Positions 24,880 through 32,794 are shown, counted from the first letter of the stretch. The stretch: 43,713 nt of DNA from Acidobacteria bacterium AH-259-G07 (GCA_027717925.1 JALLON010000002.1:1-43713), one strand, 5' to 3'. A program made the numbers and translations. Notes: a model not told the origin generated them from the sequence alone.

Positions 24880-26490
24880 ATGGCCTACCGCAGTGCTCAA
24901 GACCAGCAACTGAAGGTCTTTTGTCCTACACACAGTCTAAGCTTTCGAGTCCTTCGAAGCAGCGTCATTCTTTGTAGCGATGGCTCGCACGCATTGTCCC
25001 AAGATTTCCCGTATGGGGAATATTGGTGTTTCTGTTGTGATTGCCAGAATTTCTGGCCCTCAAATTTGACAGGGGAGGGCTTACGGTGGAAGCAATGTGT
25101 CGTTTGCGGTCGGCAAGTCGCCAGGCGATATTTGTGTCCTAAATGCAAGGTGGTGAGTTTTGAATCGACTGAATCGGAAGAAGAAAAGTCTTTCAGTATC
25201 TTAAGGAACGGCGTAATACAACCGTCCTGTCCGGCATGTTTTTCCACTCTGAATGTTCCGGCAGCGTCTCATCAGTGTTCAGAAGTCAAAGCCCTTCTGA
25301 TGATCAGCACGGCCTCATGCCCTTTTTGCCAGGAGCCCATCGATTCAGAGAGAGAACAAGGTAAGGAAATGCGTGCAGAGCCTCAGCATGGCAACAAGGC
25401 CGTGGTCAGCAAGAGGCTACCTAAGACTAAGATCAAGAGTGGCATGCGAGACGCGGCCAGCAATGTGCGGCCTCTGGTTCGAGGCAAAAAGGGTAGTTCA
25501 TTCCCAGAAAATCGAAGGGAAAAGTCCGATGATGCAAGCCAAGCCTCACAAGAGGAATCAAGGAGTGACCAGGAACTGGAGTTAGAACTCCAAAAAATGA
25601 CCGAAAAGATGGGCGAGTTGGAATCAAGCTATTCGGAAGTACAGCAGTTAGCGCAAGAGAGATTGGAAGGGCTTGAGCAAAAGGAAAACGCTTTACAGCG
25701 AATGAAAGCGCATGCTCGATTCGGGTGGGTTTTGGGCTTGTCCACTATTGCGATGATAATCGTTCTGCTAATCTTCTCGCCAACCGGCTCCAAGGAAGCG
25801 AGTGGATCTGACAAGCTAGACGAGTTGCAGAAGCGTAACCAGGAACTGGAGTTAGAACTCCAAAAAATGACCGAAAAGATTGGCGACTTGGAATCGAGCT
25901 ATTCCGAACTACAACAGTTAGCACAAGACAGATTGGACACAGCACAATTTCTTAACCGGGAACTTGAGCAAAGAGAAAATGCTTTACGTCGGATGAGAGC
26001 GGAAACTGGGTCTTCCATTAACTCTTACGAGGGCAGGGTCCGAACCCTAGCCACAGAAAAGACTGAGCTCTCATTGAGTAACGAGAAGCTCAAGAGTCAG
26101 AACACGGGATTGACATCAAGAATTCGTGAGTTGGAAACGAACTTGAAGGTGAAAGAGGCGGAGCTACGGGAGATTGCCAGAAAAGAAGCTCCCTTAGCCG
26201 TTGACAATGCTAAAGTTCCTAGGACGGGAATCGTTCATTGGCGTTGTCAAGACCGGAAGGGTGAGGTGTTAGTCGAGATCTGGGAGAATAAGGCAAATGT
26301 CGGTATGGTCACGGACGGTGTGTTGCCGCAAGTTCCTGTAAAGTTTACTGATGTTAATCGCGTAGGAAGAGTTGAGATCCTTTCAATGAAACCACCTACC
26401 CACAGCAACTCCTCTGCTCAATTCATACTCCGAGTAAAAGATGAAGATCCCTTCGGTCTTGTAATATTCTGGGAGAGGTTGGGCCAGTGA
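24880..26490 (+). CDS. Zn-ribbon-rich, single-TM coiled-coil protein (536 aa) with internal duplication
   Basis: It starts 4 nt after the previous stop. The N-terminus has multiple Cys pairs (CFCCDC, CVVCG, CPKC, CPAC, CPFC). A duplicated segment QELELELQKMTEK(M/I)G(E/D)LESSYSE(V/L)QQLAQ(E/D)RL lies on either side of the TM helix FGWVLGLSTIAMIIVLLIF. The C-terminal beta-like domain is unassigned. Confidence 0.7.
   Translation: MAYRSAQDQQLKVFCPTHSLSFRVLRSSVILCSDGSHALSQDFPYGEYWCFCCDCQNFWPSNLTGEGLRWKQCVVCGRQVARRYLCPKCKVVSFESTESEEEKSFSILRNGVIQPSCPACFSTLNVPAASHQCSEVKALLMISTASCPFCQEPIDSEREQGKEMRAEPQHGNKAVVSKRLPKTKIKSGMRDAASNVRPLVRGKKGSSFPENRREKSDDASQASQEESRSDQELELELQKMTEKMGELESSYSEVQQLAQERLEGLEQKENALQRMKAHARFGWVLGLSTIAMIIVLLIFSPTGSKEASGSDKLDELQKRNQELELELQKMTEKIGDLESSYSELQQLAQDRLDTAQFLNRELEQRENALRRMRAETGSSINSYEGRVRTLATEKTELSLSNEKLKSQNTGLTSRIRELETNLKVKEAELREIARKEAPLAVDNAKVPRTGIVHWRCQDRKGEVLVEIWENKANVGMVTDGVLPQVPVKFTDVNRVGRVEILSMKPPTHSNSSAQFILRVKDEDPFGLVIFWERLGQ
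25569..25937 (+). repeat. in-frame intragenic direct repeat (about 99 bp x2, 270-bp offset)
   Basis: 25569-25667 versus 25839-25937. The first 42 nt are identical (ccaggaactggagttagaactccaaaaaatgaccgaaaagat). The rest is about 85% identical by eye. Confidence 0.85.
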
Positions 26491-26762
26491 ATCGAGAGCT
26501 GTCCTGCCCGGAAGTTGGTGATCCTGAAATGAAGTCTCTTTCTGCGCAGTGGGCCGAATCACTCCATCTGGGCAAGGATTTGGGCGAACTTGTGCTGGAC
26601 AAAAAGCCGCAAACTGCACGTGAAGAAATAGAAACCTTTGTTGCTTGTCTGAACCTCCTGCTCAAACAAAACGCAAAGTTTGAACTAGCTGATTGGCGTG
26701 AGAGGCAATATGGGACCCACATGGCACAAGCCGCAATAATAAAGGTAATGCCTCCTGCCTAA
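26487..26762 (+). CDS. small hypothetical protein (91 aa), last gene of the operon
   Basis: The GTG start overlaps the preceding TGA (GTGA at 26487-26490). No motif assigned. Confidence 0.5.
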   Translation: MNRELSCPEVGDPEMKSLSAQWAESLHLGKDLGELVLDKKPQTAREEIETFVACLNLLLKQNAKFELADWRERQYGTHMAQAAIIKVMPPA

Positions 26763-26912
26763 ACCAAATTCTTCTGCGGGCAAAAAGCCTCCGGCTTTCG
26801 GAGTACTAGGGTGAAAAAGGATCATCAGGGATTCCGATACTCCACCACAATTTCTCCGCTCTGACGAATCAAAATATCCACATCATCATCCCCTACTGGG
26901 TCGTTATGATTG

Positions 26913-27207
26913 TCCTCCTCCGTCCGGGGGTTAGGGTCTGAATTGAAGAGCATCGTGCATCTTGATCCTGAGCGAAGTTGACAAGTGATGAAATTCGGTG
27001 TGTGGTGAGTTTTTAGTCCTCCGAGCACAAAAAAAGAGCGGGGATGAACCCGCTCTCTTGCCTTTCTGACCTAGTCTCGCTTTAGTTGCGACCGTTTCTG
27101 TCCATTGACCGGGGCCGATAGTTTTGCTGTTCGATCCATTCCAGTATTTGTTCTTTTACGAAGCGGACATTTGATTGGATTTTCACGTAGGGAATAAGTA
27201 GCCGCTG
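26913..27207 (+). repeat. ghost mobile-element end, copy 2 (contains the 3' third of an excisionase gene)
   Basis: It is near-identical to 28211-28476 apart from a 17-bp indel. Minus-strand translation gives ...LLIPYVKIQSNVRFVKEQILEWIEQQNYRPRSMDRNGRN*, the C-terminus of the 28351 protein. Homology stops at about 27207. Confidence 0.85.
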
Positions 27208-27421
27208 ATTCTAGGACTCCAGCTCCGCAAATTTGTCGGCCAAGGAATTTTGAAAATAAGCAAGCGAGCTTTCAAATCGCTCACGAGTAAAATCTGATTC
27301 TGTCATTCTGAGGTCATCTGCGTCTTCAGATCAGATAGTGGAGGTAACGGAGGACATATAGAATTTCAGCATAGGTTATCCCTAGGGGGCAGGGGTCCCT
27401 CTCACCAACCGGCCAGCACGC

Positions 27422-27928
27422 CTATTCAAACAAGGAACCCGGCTTATTCGGGTTGCAGATCACGTGTGTGTGTTTCCAGGATCCGTCCAGCTGGCGTCGA
27501 AGAATGTCAATGCACTTCATTTCGATCTCCATGGGCTCGCCGCCCGCCTTCGGGATGCGCCTTCCCGTGTGAGTGCCCCGTTGGAATGCCCAGTCACCGG
27601 CTACAATGACTTCTTCGTGCGACATGGTGAATTCAGCCTTCCACGGAGAACGATGAGTTTGCCACCACGAGCGAAGCGCTTCCTTCCCTACAACGGGTGG
27701 TTCGTTCGGCCACATCCATACTATGTCGTCACTCCATAGGGACATGAGGGCACCCAAGTCGCCCGCATTGATTGCGGCTACCGCTTGCTCTCGCACCCTC
27801 TTGACCGCCTCCACGTCTGCCTCGGTGGTGGGAGCTTCTTCGACGGCAGGCCCCGGCTCCGGCGCACAGTCTTGCGAAGATATACTGACTAGAAAGATCA
27901 CAACCCAAAAACTCGATAATTGCCTCAT
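27422..27928 (-). CDS. SnoaL-like/DUF4440 (NTF2-fold) exported or lipoprotein
   Basis: ATG with GGGAGGGGG upstream. Signal sequence FWVVIFLVSISSQDC. Motifs AVAAINAGDLGALMSLWSDDIVWMWP...GKEALRSWW are typical of SnoaL/DUF4440. The gene is GC-rich compared with its flanks. Confidence 0.65.
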   Translation of the reverse strand: MRQLSSFWVVIFLVSISSQDCAPEPGPAVEEAPTTEADVEAVKRVREQAVAAINAGDLGALMSLWSDDIVWMWPNEPPVVGKEALRSWWQTHRSPWKAEFTMSHEEVIVAGDWAFQRGTHTGRRIPKAGGEPMEIEMKCIDILRRQLDGSWKHTHVICNPNKPGSLFE

Positions 27929-28210
27929 TGGATATCCCCCTCCCGGGAGCCTCGAGGATCTAACCTAATAATTCGCCCATATAACAATAAGTATCCTGGT
28001 CAGTATAACACCCCCGGTTATCCCTATAAACGGTCAGCGAAACGTGGCCAAAGTCCTGCCGTAATCAGATTGCCTGCAACAGGTTCCGCTGTACATTCCC
28101 TCAGAGCGAGAGTGTTATGCCTATCCGCATATCACCGGTTTGGTGTCGTGTCCATGGGGCTCCGAACGCCCTTCGGCCCCTGACTGAGTACGTGGGCGTA
28201 GACCATCGGC

Positions 28211-28476
28211 CATCCTGATCCTGAGCGAAGTCCTGATTGAGCTGAAGTTGACAAATGGTGAAATTCGGGGTGTGGTGAGTTTTAGGATTCCGAGCACAAA
28301 AAAAGAGCGGGGATGAACCCGCTCTCTTGCCTTTCTGACCTAGTCTCGCTTTAGTTGCGACCGTTTCTGTCCATTGACCGGGGCCGATAGTTTTGCTGTT
28401 CGATCCATTCCAGTATTTGTTCTTTTACGAAGCGGACGTTTGATTGGATTTTGACGTAGGGGATAAGTCCCCGCTG
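28211..28476 (+). repeat. mobile-element end, copy 3 (the intact one, overlapping the excisionase 3' end)
   Basis: It contains catcctgatcctgagcgaag, a local 17-bp duplication, ttgacaaatggtgaaattcggggtgtggtgag (28248-28279), the terminator, and the excisionase 3' end. Confidence 0.85.
28298..28325 (-). terminator. rho-independent terminator of the excisionase gene
   Basis: Hairpin agagcggg-atgaa-cccgctct (28305-28325), followed on the minus strand by a T-run (28298-28304). Confidence 0.75.
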
Positions 28477-28599
28477 TACATAGCTATAAATCGTCTTCAC
28501 ATCTATCTTTAAAATCGCCTCAAGTTCCTTTGCGGTAAGTAACTCTGGGATATGTCTGGAACTTGATTGGCGTTCTGTGGTTTTAGGTCGAGCATCCAC
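28351..28599 (-). CDS. excisionase-family (MerR-like) HTH DNA-binding protein
   Basis: GTG start with AGGAG 6 nt upstream. LLTAKELEAILKIDVKTIYSYVQRGLIPYVKIQSNVRFVKEQILEWI is the classic excisionase-family helix-turn-helix pattern. Confidence 0.8.
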   Translation of the reverse strand: MDARPKTTERQSSSRHIPELLTAKELEAILKIDVKTIYSYVQRGLIPYVKIQSNVRFVKEQILEWIEQQNYRPRSMDRNGRN

Positions 28600-28639
28600 T
28601 TAAAACTCCTGATTGGTAGATTGTTTGTTTTTGCATTGC

Positions 28640-29332
28640 TTATTCTCCTTTCTTGTGATGATGAGGACTCGGTGCTGATCCCAGTATCGAGTGGATCTCA
28701 TGGTCAGCAAGCCGTGTCCAAATTTTGTCTAAAATACTCTCTGGATTATCCAGGGAGAGCTTATGTTCCTCGGTGAAGAGGAACATGCGTCCGAGCGCCT
28801 GTAACTCCTCGGCATCCTCTGCCGAGGAGACGAGATTCGCTTTCCGCATGGCGCTCGTAGTTATCGTAAGCACCCGGAAGTAGCGGATGCCAAATCTGTC
28901 TTCGTGCTTTTTCTCCCGCCAATAGGCGGCATAACCTTTTAGTTTCAGCGTGAAACGCTTAAGGGTCATCGTGCCACGGTCAGCTTCAAGGAAGAAATAC
29001 ATCCTGCCTTTGGCATCCTTTATGCCGAAGAAGGCGTCAGGGGCAACGGGGACGCGGGCGTAGCCCCCTTCAAGGGCCACCTCAATTGCATCGTAGATCT
29101 CTCTGCCCTCTCTCCAGAAAAGCAGCTGGAGGTCTTCACGCCTCCGGCATGCTGTGGCAATCACCGCTCGGACCTGAGTTATAAGGAGGCGGTGGTTGAT
29201 GGAAAGGTCCTGGAGGGAGCGGTTTTTTTCATTCCAGTCAGTCTGTGTTACCTCTTGGATCACCCCTTCCTTTTGGAGTTCCCGGAACCCTTTGTTGGTG
29301 ATGACCTTGTAAGGTAGGATCTCGTTAGCCAT
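28640..29332 (-). CDS. replication-relaxation family protein
   Basis: ATG with AAGGAGG upstream. INHRLLITQVRAV...VAPDAFFGIKDAKGRMYFFLEADRGTMTLKRFTLKLKGYAAYW matches the Replic_Relax pattern (H..., PDa-f, ffLE-DrGT, K---Y). Confidence 0.6.
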   Translation of the reverse strand: MANEILPYKVITNKGFRELQKEGVIQEVTQTDWNEKNRSLQDLSINHRLLITQVRAVIATACRRREDLQLLFWREGREIYDAIEVALEGGYARVPVAPDAFFGIKDAKGRMYFFLEADRGTMTLKRFTLKLKGYAAYWREKKHEDRFGIRYFRVLTITTSAMRKANLVSSAEDAEELQALGRMFLFTEEHKLSLDNPESILDKIWTRLADHEIHSILGSAPSPHHHKKGE

Positions 29333-29398
29333 CGCAACCTCCTTTACAGGTTGGGTGGTCAGGTCTCACATCCTGCTGTGTACAGGGTGTGAGACCGC

Positions 29399-30364
29399 TT
29401 ACCACCTATCTTTGGTTTTTAGCAGTTGGAAAAGTAGGTGTTCGTCAACGGTGTCAGGCTGTTTTCCAGCCGGCAGGGACACACTTTTGACGAAAAAATG
29501 CCGGGCAATCCTTAGCAGAATCTTGTCTTGGGCTTGACGGCCTGGTTCGTCTCCATCAAGAAGCAAAATGAAACAACGCGCTTTGCTTTTAAGAAGCAGG
29601 TTTTCCTGAGCTTGGGAGAGCGTATTTCCCATCAGAGCTACTGCTTGGACCCCCAGCTGGTAAAGGCGGAAGACAGACCAGTAGCCCTCGACGATCACTA
29701 CGATCTTTGCTTCAGTGACGCGATGAAGGTTAAAAAGTACATGGCTTTTCTTGAAGCCAAGCGGAAGTTTGTACTTTTCCTCTCCCTCTGGCAGTTCATC
29801 TCCGGCCCATCGGCCTGCGTAGGCAGCAAGTTTCCCTTTTTCATCATGAATCGGGATAGCGATACGGTTTTTCATCAATCCCCGCTTGCAGTAGCCAAGG
29901 CCAAAAAACTTGACGACTTGAGCATCCAGCCCCCTCTCTTTGAGGTAGGGATGGTCTGGGTCAAGCTTGAGCGTGAAGGTCAGAGGATGATTAATTGCTT
30001 CTGGCCGCTTTTCTTTTTGTGAGGTGTTGTGGGTTTTTGGCCTTTGGTTGGCCCCAGGAGGGCCAACCATGGTCTCACGCATGTCAAACCATTCACTAAG
30101 TAGGAGAGCAGCTTCTCTGATGCTCACAACCTCTTTTTGAGAAACGAAGTCCAATACATTGCCTTTGGCGCCGCAACCGAAACAATAAAAGACACGCTTC
30201 TGGGTGTTTACTCGAAATGAGGGATTCTTGTCCTCATGGAAAGGACAGTGCCCGAGGAGTTCTCTGCCGTTCGTTGATTTTAACTTCACGCCGTAGCGAT
30301 CAAGAATTGCCTGAAATCTTACCTCTTCCTTTACTTTCTTGAAGTTCACCCAATTTTCTTTCAT
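29399..30364 (-). CDS. DNA primase (CHC2 zinc finger + Toprim)
   Basis: The ORF is open to 30508, but ATG 30364 forms an ATGA overlap with the upstream gene's stop. Zn finger: GHCPFHEDKNPSFRVNTQKRVFYCFGCGAKGNVLDFV. Toprim: IVVIVEGYWSV...LLLDGDEPGRQA. Confidence 0.85.
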   Translation of the reverse strand: MKENWVNFKKVKEEVRFQAILDRYGVKLKSTNGRELLGHCPFHEDKNPSFRVNTQKRVFYCFGCGAKGNVLDFVSQKEVVSIREAALLLSEWFDMRETMVGPPGANQRPKTHNTSQKEKRPEAINHPLTFTLKLDPDHPYLKERGLDAQVVKFFGLGYCKRGLMKNRIAIPIHDEKGKLAAYAGRWAGDELPEGEEKYKLPLGFKKSHVLFNLHRVTEAKIVVIVEGYWSVFRLYQLGVQAVALMGNTLSQAQENLLLKSKARCFILLLDGDEPGRQAQDKILLRIARHFFVKSVSLPAGKQPDTVDEHLLFQLLKTKDRW

Positions 30365-31035
30365 GACCGCGATAGACCCTCCGTTGCGCGAACTTTTGAT
30401 GTTGTACCTTCCTTTTGGGATTTTTCCTGCAAGTTTTTTCGCAGATGGTTTACGAGTTTTTTGATGTGGTAGCGGACGGTGCCGGGTGATCGGTTCATCG
30501 CTTTGCACTTGTCTTTCAGACGGCGCAGGTCTGGATCGAGGTAGATTTCAAGCACCTGGCGATCTTTCGGCGAGAGTTGCTCTGACACCTTATAGACGCG
30601 CTCCATGAGTATGCGCCTGTCCCAGTCGGGCTGCGGATTATACGGAATGTCGGGCAAGGTTTCTGGGAATATGAGGCGTCGTGCCTTCCTGATGTGATCG
30701 ATGCTCAACGTCCTGAGGGTGTGGTAGAAGTAGCTCTCGGCAACGCGCGGGTGATCGAATAGGGCTTCGGCGGCAAGAAACTTCAGGCAGGCGTGTTGGA
30801 AAATGTCCTGTTCCTCCTCGCGGTCATAGATGTATCGGCGGATGTAGCCGAAAAACTTTTTCCGCCCGTTCCAGAATTCGGTGACAAGCGCAGATTTGGA
30901 CAGATGCGTTTGTTTCGGCGGTCCTTCCTTATTCACGATATTTCTCCTTTGATAGTTGATTGGGAGGTTCATTCCTCCGCTCCAGGGGCGAGTGACCCCC
31001 ACTGCGGAGGAATCAACATCCTTGGGAAGTTCCAC
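30361..31035 (-). CDS. sigma-70/ECF-like protein
   Basis: Region-2-like: FFGYIRRYIYDREEEQDIFQHACLKFL...SYFYHTLRTLSIDHIRKARR. Region-4-like HTH: LSPKDRQVLEIYL...NRSPGTVRYHIKKLVNHLRKNL. The start is uncertain; an alternative ATG is at 30972. Confidence 0.6.
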   Translation of the reverse strand: MELPKDVDSSAVGVTRPWSGGMNLPINYQRRNIVNKEGPPKQTHLSKSALVTEFWNGRKKFFGYIRRYIYDREEEQDIFQHACLKFLAAEALFDHPRVAESYFYHTLRTLSIDHIRKARRLIFPETLPDIPYNPQPDWDRRILMERVYKVSEQLSPKDRQVLEIYLDPDLRRLKDKCKAMNRSPGTVRYHIKKLVNHLRKNLQEKSQKEGTTSKVRATEGLSRS

Positions 31036-31223
31036 TCTTCGGTCTTGGAAATAATCCAGGTTGGTTTTCTGATCTTTTCTTTTCTCTTTGTTGAGACGTT
31101 GGTTTTTGGAAAGAACTATCCTCAGCTTAGAAGACTGGCAGCAGCAGACAAGGCAGGAAAACTTGACAAAAAGTCAAATCTTCCGGCCTTTTCAGCTCAC
31201 GAGGTACGGGAGATCATGGGAGG

Positions 31224-32402
31224 ATGACTACTCGATCGGATAATCGAGTTACCTTCTTTGGCCAAGGCAACTATCGGGATTACAACGACTTTTTTGGCAT
31301 CAGGCGAGCCGACCGACTAGCCCACATGTACATCATCGGAAAGACGGGGACGGGCAAGACCACGCTGCTCGAAACGATGGTGCGCCAAGATATAGAGAAC
31401 GGCGAGGGTTTTGCCCTGCTTGATCCACACGGTGATCTCATAGAAAGAGTATTGCCTGCGATCTCCAAATTCAGGCCACATGATGTGGTCTATTTCAACG
31501 TCCCTGATTTAGCAAAGCCATTAGGATTTAATCCGCTTGAACGTGTGCCGGTAGCGAAGCGCCCATTGGCTGCCTCAGGTTTGCTTGAGGCGTTTAAAAA
31601 AATCTGGGATGACTCCTGGGGGCCTCGAACAGAACATATTCTTAGAAACGCACTCCTGGCCCTTTTAGACCAACCGGAAGCTACACTGGCTGACATCTTA
31701 CGGTTGTTGGATGACTATACGTTCCGTATGAAAGCAATGACTCACGTCAGCAATGAGCACGTTAAGGATTTTTGGTTGAGGGAATATAAAAGGTGGTCGG
31801 TGCGTTTTCGGAGCATGGCCATTGCTCCCATTGAAAACAAGGTGGGGGCCTTTTTGGCCAATCCTCTCTTACACCGGATTTTAACGCAGCCCAAAAGCGC
31901 CTTTGATGTAAGGCAACTAATGGATGAAAAGAAGATCCTGCTTGTCAACCTAGCCAAAGGCAAGATCGGCGAGGATACGGCGGCGTTGTTGGGATCATTA
32001 CTCGTAGCCACGATAGGGTTTGCAGCTCTTAGGCGGGCTGACGTCCCCGAAAAGGAGCGTCAAGATTTCTATCTCTATTTGGATGAATTTCAGAACTTCA
32101 CGACGCTCAGCCTGGCCAACATGTTATCTGAAGTCAGGAAGTATAAGGTGGGGTTGGTGCTTGCCCATCAATACATCTCCCAGCTTGATACTGAAGTGCG
32201 TGATGCGATCCTCGGTAATGTGGGAACCATCATTTCTTTTAGGATAGGGATGCTTGATACCAAAATTATTGCTGGTGAGTTCTCTCCGGACTTTTCGGCT
32301 GAAGACCTTATACGACTTCCCAACTATCACATCTATCTGAAGCTGATGATTGATGGTGTGGTGTCGAGGGCGTTTAGCGCGGTGACACTGTTACCGAGAT
32401 AA
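31224..32402 (+). CDS. type IV coupling protein-like (TraD/VirD4/TraG-type) P-loop ATPase without TM segment
   Basis: Walker A is IIGKTGTGKTT and Walker B is FYLYLDEFQNF. LLVNLAKGKIGEDTAALLGSLLV and VGLVLAHQYISQL are typical of T4CP/TraD-like soluble domains. Confidence 0.6.
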   Translation: MTTRSDNRVTFFGQGNYRDYNDFFGIRRADRLAHMYIIGKTGTGKTTLLETMVRQDIENGEGFALLDPHGDLIERVLPAISKFRPHDVVYFNVPDLAKPLGFNPLERVPVAKRPLAASGLLEAFKKIWDDSWGPRTEHILRNALLALLDQPEATLADILRLLDDYTFRMKAMTHVSNEHVKDFWLREYKRWSVRFRSMAIAPIENKVGAFLANPLLHRILTQPKSAFDVRQLMDEKKILLVNLAKGKIGEDTAALLGSLLVATIGFAALRRADVPEKERQDFYLYLDEFQNFTTLSLANMLSEVRKYKVGLVLAHQYISQLDTEVRDAILGNVGTIISFRIGMLDTKIIAGEFSPDFSAEDLIRLPNYHIYLKLMIDGVVSRAFSAVTLLPR

Positions 32403-32494
32403 ACTTTTACTGCACTGGAGTGTTTATTATGTGTTTAATGGACTCCTGAAAAAGATCGGCGAATAAGTCTGGGACGGATTGTAGGATAGTCGGT

Positions 32495-32752
32495 ATGGCA
32501 ATGACTCAAGGCGGCACTCGGCTTTGCGACTCTTGTGAACAAGAGATCCCTCAGGGCACAAAATACCAGACAGAGATTCTTCCAGATGAGCAGTTATTCA
32601 AGCATATGATATCGATCCTAATTCTTATTAACCAATCTCTTCACCAAGAAGATTCAACGTTGGTAAGAAATCCCGATGGAAGCCTCACACTGAACTTCTG
32701 CCTGACATGCTGGATGAATTTATACCTGGGCGAGAATGAAAAGATTCAGTAG
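32495..32752 (+). CDS. small CxxC...CxxC hypothetical protein (85 aa)
   Basis: ATG start. Two Cys pairs (CDSC, CLTC) suggest a zinc ribbon. A strong hairpin follows. Confidence 0.45.
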   Translation: MAMTQGGTRLCDSCEQEIPQGTKYQTEILPDEQLFKHMISILILINQSLHQEDSTLVRNPDGSLTLNFCLTCWMNLYLGENEKIQ

Positions 32753-32794
32753 CCCCAAAATTCTTTGAGAGCATGATTGACGCGGTTGTGATAG

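Larger units (their letters stand above)
28211..32402. mobile_element. core module of an integrative or mobilisable element (xis, replication-relaxation, primase, sigma-like, T4CP-like); no integrase adjacent
   Basis: The call rests on gene content plus a conserved terminal sequence that is repeated upstream at 14.9 kb and 26.9 kb. The right-hand extent is unknown and may include cargo up to the integrase remnant at 42225-42371. Confidence 0.5.

Noticed and set aside
26825-27028. 67-aa minus-strand ORF between the operon end and ghost-end copy 2.
   Set aside because: It spans repeat DNA and its sequence is not protein-like. The equivalent regions of the other copies are not open.
27211-27306. 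31-codon minus-strand ORF, MTESDFTRERFESSLAYFQNSLADKFAELES*, possibly an antitoxin-like fragment.
   Set aside because: It is too short, has no SD, and has no partner gene. I mention it only within the cassette finding.
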